Made by a program: the position numbers and the translations under genes. Of a stretch of DNA of 64,000 nucleotides, positions 30,174-41,352 are shown piece by piece. Under the pieces are notes generated by a model. It was not told the origin of the DNA and made no database searches. It saw only the letters and a list, made by a program, of their open reading frames with translations. The DNA comes from Geosiphon pyriformis uo1. Taxonomy: Eukaryota > Fungi > Glomeromycota. The stretch spans positions 824,459-888,458 of the forward strand of contig JAAOMT010000009.1 of NCBI GenBank assembly GCA_016748015.1, in the 5' to 3' direction. Each line of letters begins with the position of its first letter. Positions within the stretch are counted from its first letter, which is position 1.

Positions 30174-30976
30174 ATGGAACCCACATCCCCCAAAAATGTG
30201 AAAGAAAAAATTTACTTGCAAGAACCACGAAAAATTGCAAACCCTGCTCCATTAGGCCTGACCGCCTTCGCCATCACCACATTAATATACTCTTTATTAA
30301 ATGCAGGTGCAGAAGGGATTAAAACTTTTGATATTGGTCTAGGACTCGCATTATTTTATGGCGGTGCCGTACAATTTATTGCGGGATTGTTTGAATTATA
30401 CAATGGGAACACCTTTAACGCCACAGTTTTTGGTTCGTATGGTGGATACTGGATATCATATGGATTCATTTCTCTTCCTTCGTCTGGCATTATTGCCGCA
30501 TATAAAGGACGACAAGATGAATTTGATCATGCGTTGGGAATCTTCTTCATCTCTTGGGCAATATGTAAGATAATCAATCATTTGAATCTCGAAAACTCAA
30601 CAATCAACCTTGAATCAATCTGCCTTTCTTACAGTCTCCTTAATTATTCTAATCGCCTCGCTAAAGACAAATAACTGTATGATAGTGGCTTTCTTCTTTG
30701 TCTTTTTACAATTTCTTTTCCTATCGATTGGTAAATTCACTGGACTACACCCGTTGGAACAGATTAGTGGAGTGTTTGGTGGTAATGTATCCCACTTTAC
30801 AATTAATTATTTAAAAAATCCTAAACCTTTCTCAATAAAATATTCATCTTTTTAACTTTTTAGTGATCGTTTCAATTATGGCGTTTTATCTTTTGAGTTC
30901 GAGTATTTTAACAAAAGAAACTTCTTATTTCTCGCTACCACTTGGGGATCGATCGTATGAAAATGAGGAAGTATAA
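30174..30976 (+). CDS. GPR1/FUN34/YaaH (Ady2/Ato-like) acetate/ammonia transporter, 3 exons (30174-30564, 30635-30781, 30864-30976)
   Basis: Signature ANPAPLGL, FYGGAVQFIAG, GNTFNATVFGSYGGYW; several hydrophobic segments; GT-AG introns give an open spliced frame ending LPLGDRSYENEEV*. Confidence 0.92.
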
Positions 30977-33288
30977 AAATTGTACAGTTGGGAGGAAATT
31001 TTGAATTATTTAAAATTTGACCTCTGGAATCAGCAGAAAGCTGGTTCACTATTATTTTATTTAAGAAAGAGCTTTCACAGAGCACTGTCAAACAGTTTTA
31101 ACAGCTGCAAATGCGTTACTGGTAAAGATATTACCAGATGCTTCAGAAAATAAAAAGGTTGCAACTTTTTTACTCTGTGCTCTGATTGTGGTCATACAAA
31201 TACAAGAAAAAAAAAGGTTTTTTTTTCTTTTATTATGGTAAATAAAATTTTAAAATAAAATATTGGCATAAATTAAATACAAAACTATTTTATTTTAATA
31301 TATTAAAAAACATTAGTTAAAAATTTTTTGTATTTATTGGACAAAAATTTAATATTAAAAAATAAAATAAAAAAGCTTTTAATCTTTTTAATTTTTAAAA
31401 CAATATAATAAAAATTAAATAATTTTTTAATAATTTGTTTGATTTTGTTTATAAATTAATTAATTATTATTATTATTATTAAATTAGTTTATTATATTCT
31501 TGTTAATTAAAAATAAAAAACAACCAAAAATTTTGGTTTTTATAGTTTTATAATAAATAATAAAATTAAAACAAACTAAATTATTTAAATAAATTTTTGT
31601 ATTTAATTATAATAATACTAATTAGTTTGTTTTTTGTTTAATATGTTTTAACTAAGTATTATCTTACCAAATACTTAAATTGTTTTTACTTTTAAAAGTC
31701 AAATTATAAATTTGGTTATGTATTTTTTATATATAATTAATTATTATTACAAGTATTATTTTTAAAATATTGTCTTATAAGTTAATATAATTGTATAATG
31801 GTTTTATCTAAAAATTTTAATAATTTAAAAAATTTTTGTTTAAGTTTTTGGTATAAAAAACAGAAATTTAATAAAATAATAACTTTTTAATATTTAATAT
31901 TTGATTTTTTTGTTCTTTTTAACAGATTTATTTTGGTGGTTTTTATTTTTTTGGTAAGTTATCTAACTTTAATAAAACAGAAAATAAACAAAAAAAATAA
32001 AAAATTATTATTTATTAATAATTATAATTAATAATTATTGATCTAAAATAATAATATTTAAGTTATGTTTTTAATATTTGCTATTTTGTAGTTTAAGTTT
32101 TATGTTAAATTTAAAATTGGCTAACATAATAATAATTAAATTAACAAAATATTTAATCTAAATTTTTAAAAAAACAAAATAATTTTTAATGTTTAAAAAA
32201 AAATTAACTTTAATAATTATAAAAAAAACAATTAAATTTACCAAAAAATCAATTTTAATTATTATAAACTTAACTAAATTAAACAAATTTTATAGTATAA
32301 TTTCAAAAAAACCAATTTAAATTTATATGTTTTATTAATAAATTATTAAAATTTCTAAAATTAAATATTTTTAAAAAAAAACAACTTTAATATAAATATA
32401 TAAATCTAATAAATCAATCAATAAAATTTTAAATATAATAAAAAACTTAAAAATTTATTAAAAAAAAACAATAAAAACAATATTATAAACAAAAATTAAG
32501 TAATTTAAGATTTAAAAGTTTTCTATTAAATATAACTTTTATGTAAAATATTAATTATTATTATTTTTTTTATTAAGCTTTTAATGAGTGAAGCCCAATT
32601 GTTATCTAGTACACAAAGCCAAACTAAGTGGCTTAAACTAGATACAACCCATGTACTTCCTACATGTGGCTAGCCACTCAGGCCAAATAAGGCAACACTA
32701 CACATCTAAAACAACACAAGAATTACAATTCAAACCTGTGAAAAAAAAACAGAGCCATCAACGGCCAAAACTAACAGCAAAAAACTTGATAATACCAAGC
32801 ATTCTAACTATTTTTTTTAACAGTGAAGATCCAATACAACATGACAAACCCAAAACCAAACCATTATTACCAACCAAACTCATTCTCTCTATATCTGCCC
32901 TATGTTTACATCTTATCAGCCAAATTTTAGAGCAATGTAATTCAGCCAACCACCTAATAAACCCAACAATTATGCAGAAAGCCTCTTTTTTTTTATTAAA
33001 AACATTGACAACTTCTATGCACCAATCTCTAAGCACAAACTTCTTACACAACACTAAATACAAGCCAACATCTAAAGAGCACCAACTAAGAGTCTGCAAA
33101 ACAGCAGAAGAAAACAGGCCATTGACACTCAACAAAGAAGTTCAAGATGCAAAAATTTTAGCCAAAACCTCTTTCCAGACCCCAGCATCTAATGCACAAG
33201 TAAAAACATAATCAGGCAGTTCTACCTCACTACACAATAAACACAACACACCAGAATACCTTCTATTATATAACTTCTTCTTAACCAT

Positions 33289-34152
33289 TATTACTCATAG
33301 AATATAGGAAATATATTAGCATATAAATTAGCCAATCAGAAGTAACCATAGTAAATGTGAAATTCCAGAATTCCTTTTAGAAGAATTGCAGGATTCCAGA
33401 AATTTCAGGATTTTCATACAAGGAATTACAAGATTCCAGAATTCCAAGATTCCTCTTAAAGAAATTGCAGGATTCCAAGAATTTTAGGATTCTTGGTATA
33501 AAAAATTGAGGAATTAAGGAATCTTAATTATGTATATATAGTGATAGCATTAGAAGTAAAAAAAACAGACCTCTCTATTTAGATTTGATCTAAGCAACCT
33601 TTCTATTCACAAATATCAATAAATAATTATTCACTATCTTAATCTACTTTCCATTATTAACACTTCATGTTAATAGTAATTGATACTTAATTACACTAAA
33701 ACAATAGCTCTTGATTATGGCTATTAATGGAATACTAACTTGTAACTGTCTTGGCTCATTTTTTCTTATGTTCTTTTATTTTTTTTATTTTCTTTGTTAT
33801 TCTTTTGTTTTACTAATTAATTGAAGATTAAGCATTGAAGTTACTGATGTCATGGATAGTCTAGTAAAAGACTTAAAAATAAGAGTAGGATTATATATAT
33901 ATTAACGGATAGCTTATCAGAAAGACATAACTGTCAGAATAAATCCAGCCACTAAGCTAAGAAAGAAATTGGGAAAGCAACTTAATAACAACAGCAATAT
34001 TATCATTAAATCTCTGTCTATTATATAAAAGACTCCACAACAAAAAACCTTCAGATTAACAAAACCTTCAGAAACCAACATAATTATATTAATTGAACAC
34101 CAAGTTATGGGTTTGTTATTTGTTTTAAGACCTCAAATAATTATCTATAACA
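33289..34152 (+). repeat. 5' LTR, family 1
   Basis: 864 bp; U3 with GAATTGCAGGATTCCAG-type repeats; TATATATA at ~33533; ends TAACA. Confidence 0.93.
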
Positions 34153-34215
34153 TTTGGTGCTCTCTGTGAAGTATAATTCTACAGAGAATCAGCACCAACA
34201 ACCCCATCCAAACAG

Positions 34216-36910
34216 TGACAGAATCCGAAAAAATAGGAACAAACCATTTGGGATTTGCAAAATCTTTATTCTAATATTATCATATCTATTTTGGATTAAC
34301 AAATAATAGTTGGCCAACAGAATCAGCTTTCAACTGCTACATTAATAAGAGAATTGTATATCATTTAGGAAGTCAAGGAGATCCAAAATCTGTCTTCAAC
34401 AATTTTTTCAGTGAATTACTCCAAAGCACTACTTTTCTACAAAACTATTTATTTGCACCATTAATCACAAAAATAAACAGGGAAATTGAAAAATACACTA
34501 AACAAAAATTTCCTATCACATTTGCTGACAAAGAAAAAGGAAGACTACAAACACCAGTAGGAACTCCAAAGCAAATCTAACTACCCACTTAGAAAAAACA
34601 GAGATTTGATTTATCTGCCAATCCATCTTATTATTACATATCTGGAAGCACTATCAATATAATATTAACAAGCATGTTCACTACAGATATAACAACACTA
34701 TTGAACAAGATCCTATTCCAAAGTAAACAAAAGAAAACAGAGTTACTAAGAACATATAGTGATTACTTTGAGGGATTTAAATCATAATTCTCAACACTAT
34801 CAAAAATTCAATCACCATCACCACAACCAGATTTTGGAGCCATTAGTCCTTGAAAAATAACTGATTCTGAGGAAGAAGAAGGTAATGATCAAGAAAATAA
34901 TAAACAGAACCCAATCCTAAAAAATCCAGAAATTGGGACTTTGGTTAATCAAAACCCAAAAAATCAGAAAGATCAAAACCCTGACATTAATAATCAACAA
35001 TACTTACCTTCAATAATTGTAATCAATTTATCACCAGCTCTACCAATCAATGATCAGCAATAGCAACAGCTACAACTACCACTCCAGCAGCAACTACAAT
35101 AACAACTTCACCCACCACCAGTTCAACAGCAACAACTGATTATACAAATAACATATGTACCAATTGCCAAACTCAAAAAATTTACTAGTAAAGAAAATAA
35201 TGCTCAAATTTGGCTTAATGACATTATCAAAGCAATTACTGCTAACAATTGGGATAATACTAGAGCCCTACAGGCCATCTTATATTTTTTGCAAGATACT
35301 GCCAATTCCTGGTATTAAAGCTTGATCAACAAATCTGTCACCTTCAATGCATTTAAAACAGAGTTTTTGAGATATTTTAGCAACAATAATAGTATTAATT
35401 GCTTAATCAACACTTTCACCACTATCAAACAAGGAGAAAATAAAGCAGTTACCACTTACTTGAGATGCTTCCACAGAAATCTGCATCAAATTCAGACCAT
35501 ACAGGCCAATTATTTCACAGCACCACAAATTTTAAATCAATTCATCAGAGGCCTACACAATAGTATTCTTCAATGTATATGTCTATTGCATTCAACAGAT
35601 CTTCAAGCCACTATTACAAATGCCAAAGATTTTGAAGCTGCTGAATTAGAAGCCAACCACACCCAAGCCATAAACCTAGTGATGAATAGATCATCTGACT
35701 TGGATTCTAAGTTGAAGCAGTTTAGTGATTCCATCAATCAGAAATTGGAAAAATACTTAGCTAACACCAATCAGGCAATTTATCAACCACCACAATAACG
35801 CAGCAACCAAAAAAATTCCAATTGTTTCCAAAATCTATCACATCCAGCATCATCAACCAATCAACAATGGCAATAGGAAACATATGTTTGCTACTATTAT
35901 GGTAGACAAGAACACTTGCAAATTAACTGTCACTAATATTTAAATAACCAATGATCAAGAAATCAATATTGAAACCCCAATCGCCAGTTTCAAACTCTGA
36001 GTTATCAATCAAACTCAGCTCCATATTAACCAACTTACATGCCACTAATGCAACAGCCAATGTATCAATCACCTGTATATTAACCACCAATTTATCAACT
36101 GCACCCACAAGTTATATATCAACTGCAGCCACAAGTAATCTATTAACCCCAACAAATTCCAACACTGTCATCAAACTCAGCTCAGATAACATTAGGAAAT
36201 TTCAGACTGAGGATCATCCAAAACTGGAGATCAGCAATAGTTGTCTACCAACCAATTCTCAGTTCATCTAACTAGTCATCAGAATTATGCCAGTGGAGTT
36301 CAGGAACCAAGTATACTCAAAACCCAAGTTTTTAAAACTATTTAAGTCTCTTGGTTACTTTAAAAGATGTCTTTTCTAATAATGTAGAAACCAATTAAAC
36401 ACAACCACTTACCACCAACATCCTACCAGTTACTGTCACAGAAAACAAGTTATTTGCAGTAATATTTCTTTTCAAAATTGAAGAACTGTCAGAAATCTCT
36501 CTGTTTAGTGAAGCTGCACTCAAGAAAAAACCTATCACAACAATGTACATTAATACCAAAGTCAATAGACAGACCATTAAATTGATCCTGGATAGCAAAT
36601 CAGCAGACAGCATCATTATCCAACAATTCATAGACCAATTAGATTACCGAGTTGATTATACTGCCAATGCCAAGATAATAATAGCTGATGGAGTAACCAA
36701 AACTCCTATCAGTGAAATTGATGATTTTCTCTTTGAAGTAAATGGTATTATTACCCCAATTAAAGTTTTAGTGATAGAAGCTATACAGTACTAAGCTTTA
36801 GTTGATAATGACTGGCTGTTCAAGACTAATGCTATACTTGGCTGGACTACACAGAAACTACAACTCAGCCAAAATGGTCAACACATATGGGTTCCAGCCA
36901 CATGTGGATA
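34216..36910 (+). pseudogene. Gag (capsid-like + CCHC knuckle) and aspartic protease, family 1
   Basis: Retrotransposon gag motifs (AQIWLND, IKQGENKAVTTY, NQFIRGL); knuckle CYYYGRQEHLQINC at ~35888; protease KLILDSKSADSII (decayed DSGS). Confidence 0.85.
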
Positions 36911-38115
36911 CTTTAAAGCTCCTTCAAAAAATCAACCATTGATTAAGCTAGAGGAAATAAAAAAGAAACCTACCTGAAAAGTGTACCAAGTCTCTTGGAC
37001 TGATGAAAACCACAATGAATTACCACTGATACTTTTGTGGAACAACAATGAGAAAGAAAAAAAAAAGAACCTATCTGGAATTTCAACCAAGTCTAAAGAA
37101 CTGACAACAATCAGGAAGAGCTAATAAATTAGAAGTGAGAAGAAAATACAAAAGGAAAAAGAAAGGGGAAAGAAGAAGAACCAATATCAACTACTACCAC
37201 TACTTATATCTCATACACATATACTCCACTACAACCATCTAACTATTGCCATCCAAAACTAATATGTGTTGATTGCGGCAAGAAATTGTTGTCAATAGGC
37301 ATATGCTGTGGTGATGACAAGAAATACCAGACAGCAACTAAGTTCTATTGCTGCCCATGTCTTGTTGAATGCTTTAAAAGACCAAAACAAGTTGGAAAAT
37401 GGGATAATAAGCCATGCTTGGCTTGTGGAGAAACTTTTTTCAACAAAGGAATATGAAACGACATTCCTGCGAAAAGAAGAACATGTAATAAATCGTGTTA
37501 ATACACAATTTTCATAAATGACTGGATAAGAAAAAGAATGCCCATAGATGCTGCCTGAAGACAAGCAGTCAAACACTTGGACAGATGTTTACATGATAAT
37601 GAAAAAATTTGACAAATGGCTCTCACCAAAATTGAAAAAATATTACCAGAAGAAATAAAAATAATAAAAAACAACCCACAGAATCTATAGAACTTGACTG
37701 GGACCCAAAACCAGTCATAAATCTACTGGATTCAGAACAATTCCATGAACACTACCAAGAATTAGCACCCACTAGAGAGGAACAAGAGCAATGATTAGAA
37801 AAAATAAACACAAAACTATGTAACTATTGTTTGATCTCATGTAACTTTCAATATTGTAATGAGTATGATCTCATTTACAATCTACTACCATGCATTATTT
37901 ACACAATCTTAGAAGAGAAAAAACCAATCAACAGCTGTGCATCAAAATCGGAATCAACTTTCAATCCCAATTCAAACTCTGATAATGACAATAACAAGAA
38001 TAATGGTTCCAGTTCCGTTCCAAATGACCACAAAAATTATGATGATTCAAACTGTGATTCAAATCCTGAAACATACATCATACTCTCTGATCTTACCAAG
38101 AAACAGGAACTTAAA

Positions 38116-38540
38116 TGGTTCAGTGATAATAATAAAAGTATTATGTCAGAACATATGTATAATACCAATGTAGAGTTTGATCTGAGATATCCAGAAAAAG
38201 ATTCCATCAAATTAGAACCTCATTCACACATCTGCATTAATCTCAAAATAGCATTGGAATTCCAACAACAATAATGGTTCAGTTAGCATCTAAAAATAGC
38301 TTAGCCAAAAAAGAAATCAACATCAGAAAAAGAATAATTGATGCAGAATACATAGAAAATATTATTGCTATGCTACAAAATAACTCAGAAAAGACATATA
38401 TTATAGATCCAAACAAAAAGATAGCATAGGCAATATTCCTATTTTTAGTGAAAATAACTCAGTTAATGTTAGTAAAAAACAGGGAAAAATTAGGGATTAC
38501 CACTAAAAGAATACAGAGTTTCAGATCCACAAGTAGAATA
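38116..38540 (+). pseudogene. dUTPase domain within the family-1 pol
   Basis: All five trimeric dUTPase motifs in decayed form: NVEFDL (AGFDL), KNSLA (RSSLA), IIDAEYIENI (IIDAGYxGxI), KIA*AIF (IAQ), RIQSFRSTS (GFGSTG); one frameshift. Confidence 0.85.
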
Positions 38541-39978
38541 GATATACCAGTTAATATGGCAGAGAAAAAAATTATTGACAAGAGAGAAATTATCTCTACC
38601 CATTAACCAATTTCCATTCCACCATATGATCAGTACATGGTAACCATAGAAAAAAAAGTAAAGGATTAGGTTCAGATATTTAAAACAGAAGCAACACTTT
38701 GTAAATCAGAAGAAATTGGATTAGTTAATTTACACATACCAGCCAAAAACCACAGTTACATCAAAATTTCTATTTACAACAACACGGAAGATATCATTAA
38801 GATACCAAAAAGAACTATCATTAGATATTTAACCACCAAAATTGAAGAACAACCACCAAACCCCATTTTAGACTTTCCACAATTATGTGAATATGTGGAT
38901 ATCACATCACAAACAATATACAGACAAGAAGAATGTTATTTGCTCTAATCAGAACAATTGGAACAGATGAACTTGGGAAATCTAGACTCATTATAACATA
39001 TGCAGCTTAAGATATTACTCAATAACTTCAATAACATCTTTGCCAGTGAAAATGAATTTGGCAAAACTAACATAATCCAGCATTAGATCAAAACTGGAGA
39101 TGCAATGCCAATCAAACAGAGAGCATACAGAGTACCACCTGCCAGCCATGAGATCATTCATTAAGAAATTAATCAGATGCTTAACAATGAGTTAATTTAA
39201 TCATCAATGAGCCCATAGTCATTATCAGTAGTATTAGTTTATAAGAAGAATAGAAAAATCTGCTTTTGTGTGGATTACTGAAAACTGAATGGAGTAACAA
39301 AAGAAGATAGTTACCCAATTCCAAAGATCCAAGAACTGTTTGATGCTTTTGGAGGAAAAAAATAGTTCTCAACTTTGGACTTAGACAGTGGTTACTAACA
39401 AGTAGTTATAAAACCAGAAGATAAAAAGAAAACAGTATTTACAACTCAAGAAAAAAATTTTGAATTTGAAGTGATGCCATTTGGCTTAATGAATGCTCTA
39501 GCCACTTTCCAGCAACTTATGGAAATTGTTTACACTGGGTTATTATGGAAATCAGTAGTCATATATTTGGATAACACCAATGTATTCTCAAAAACATTTG
39601 ATGATCATTGTTACTGGAGGTTTTTGGTCTCTTTTCTTGAATGTTGTAAATGTTTGTTGGTTGCAAATTCACGTTTTCTAGAAGTAGTTGAATCTCCAAT
39701 AACTGAATTTATCTTCAAATTATCTCCTATAATTTGAACTGCTGGGCTTATAAGTGGAATGGCCAATTCCTTGCCAGTTACTTTATGTAGTTACATTGTA
39801 GTAAACATCAACTCTTTCCCAAGAATTGCTCGTCTGGAAGCTTACTAAAAATGTGTAGTTACTTTGCTGTAAAAGTCAACTTTTCTACAGGAATCTTGTC
39901 TGTAGGCTACCCTAATGATTGTAATAAGAAAAGAAAAGAAAAATAAAAGAAATGTAAAAGAAATAGGATTTTATCAAG

Positions 39979-39998
39979 NNNNNNNNNNNNNNNNNNNN
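39979..39998. other. Assembly gap (20 N) inside an LTR
   Basis: The flanks overlap by AAG when compared with the sister LTR (TTATCAAGGGAAAC), so little or no sequence is missing. Confidence 0.9.
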
Positions 39999-40644
39999 AA
40001 GGGAAACATTTTCTATCCAGGCCTGGAGTCACTAACAGTTTATTGAAATTGGTAGCTAATCAATTTCAAAACGTTAGTTGTGTTGAGGGAATTTCAAGTG
40101 TAATAATTTAAGAATTTGGTTTTCAAATATTTAATTTTTATTTGATTTTGTAAAAGGTAATTTGTTTCAATTAAGATATCTAAAGTAAGATACTATGGTA
40201 AGGTACTATGAGAAGATACATTTTCTTGAAGAAAAAAGCTCTTCTTTTATACAACTTGTTATAGTACTAGTTTATGAACTTGCACTTTTTCTCTTTGTTC
40301 AAATTTCGGCAAACTAAAGATACATTTTGATGAACTACAAGTTATTTTGCTGAACTATTGATTAATTTGGGTGAACTATTCATAATTTCAGCGAATTTCT
40401 ATAAATTTCGGCAAATTTCTTATAAATTTCGGCGAATTTCTGTAAATTTCGGCGAATTTTAGAATGTTACAAAGTTCAGAGTATTGTGTAATTTGATTAT
40501 TCTACTTTCTGTTATACTAATTGGATTATTTAATTGAATTGTGATATGTGATAATTGATTAAATAATAAATGATAATTTGAAATGATATTAATATACTAA
40601 TTAATTATAGGAATTATAAGGGTAATTTTTTTGCTAATTAATAG

Positions 40645-41352
40645 CTAAAATTCTACTGATAACATAATCTCCTCCTCAAGACTGAGCTCCGTCAAAGTCC
40701 AAGCACTATCTGTAATATTGAGATAGTGATCCAAAATAATTGAAATAATCTGGTCTGAAAATTGTTGAAATTTCAGTTCTGTAAGTTTGCCAATGTATTG
40801 GATTTTTATTGGTTGCAGTATTGGATTTTGTAGAACATTTTCACAAGTATTAAACAAATCATAGAGTCTAAAAGCTGCTCTAAGTTTGTAGTGAGTGTTT
40901 GTTGGTCCAACTGCTGTTTTGAATTTATTGTGGATTTGTTTTTGTATAGCTTCAGGAGTGAGATTTGTTGCTTTAAGTTCCATTTTTCGTTTATAAAGTG
41001 TCTTTCCAATGTGAAAGTATTTATAGATAGAGGTGTGTTTATTGTTCTGTTCATTAAGAAGTAGTAGAAGTTTTTGTTGCATTGTAGCATTTGGTGGAAT
41101 GTTAATAAAGGCAATTAAAAGATTTTCTTCTAGTGCTTGCTTCAAAAGTCTTGGTAACCTATTTTCAGAGTGACTTCTTGTTTTTTTTCTATAGAAGTGA
41201 TAGTTTTGTGAATGATTTGCTACTGAGGCTGTGGTTTCTTTCTGAATGTAATTAATTTGACTTTTATTAATTATTATGGATAAGTCAGGAAGTGTTTTCA
41301 AGGCTAACATTAACTTTTGGAATATTTGTTGAATATTTCGGGGAATAATCAT
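40645..41352 (-). CDS. Accessory ORF3 of the family-2 Gypsy element, intact 235 aa, unknown function
   Basis: Sense-oriented ORF between integrase and the PPT, running through the PPT into the 3' LTR; homologous to family-1 ORF3. Confidence 0.75.
   Translation of the reverse strand: MIIPRNIQQIFQKLMLALKTLPDLSIIINKSQINYIQKETTASVANHSQNYHFYRKKTRSHSENRLPRLLKQALEENLLIAFINIPPNATMQQKLLLLLNEQNNKHTSIYKYFHIGKTLYKRKMELKATNLTPEAIQKQIHNKFKTAVGPTNTHYKLRAAFRLYDLFNTCENVLQNPILQPIKIQYIGKLTELKFQQFSDQIISIILDHYLNITDSAWTLTELSLEEEIMLSVEF

Noticed and set aside
34172-34230. Possible non-AUG start of gag
   Set aside because: An in-frame ATA could be a decayed ATG, so it cannot be decided from mutated copies.
35951-36271. 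Thr/Ser-rich 106-aa ORF
   Set aside because: Alternative frame of the Gln/Pro-rich gag tail.
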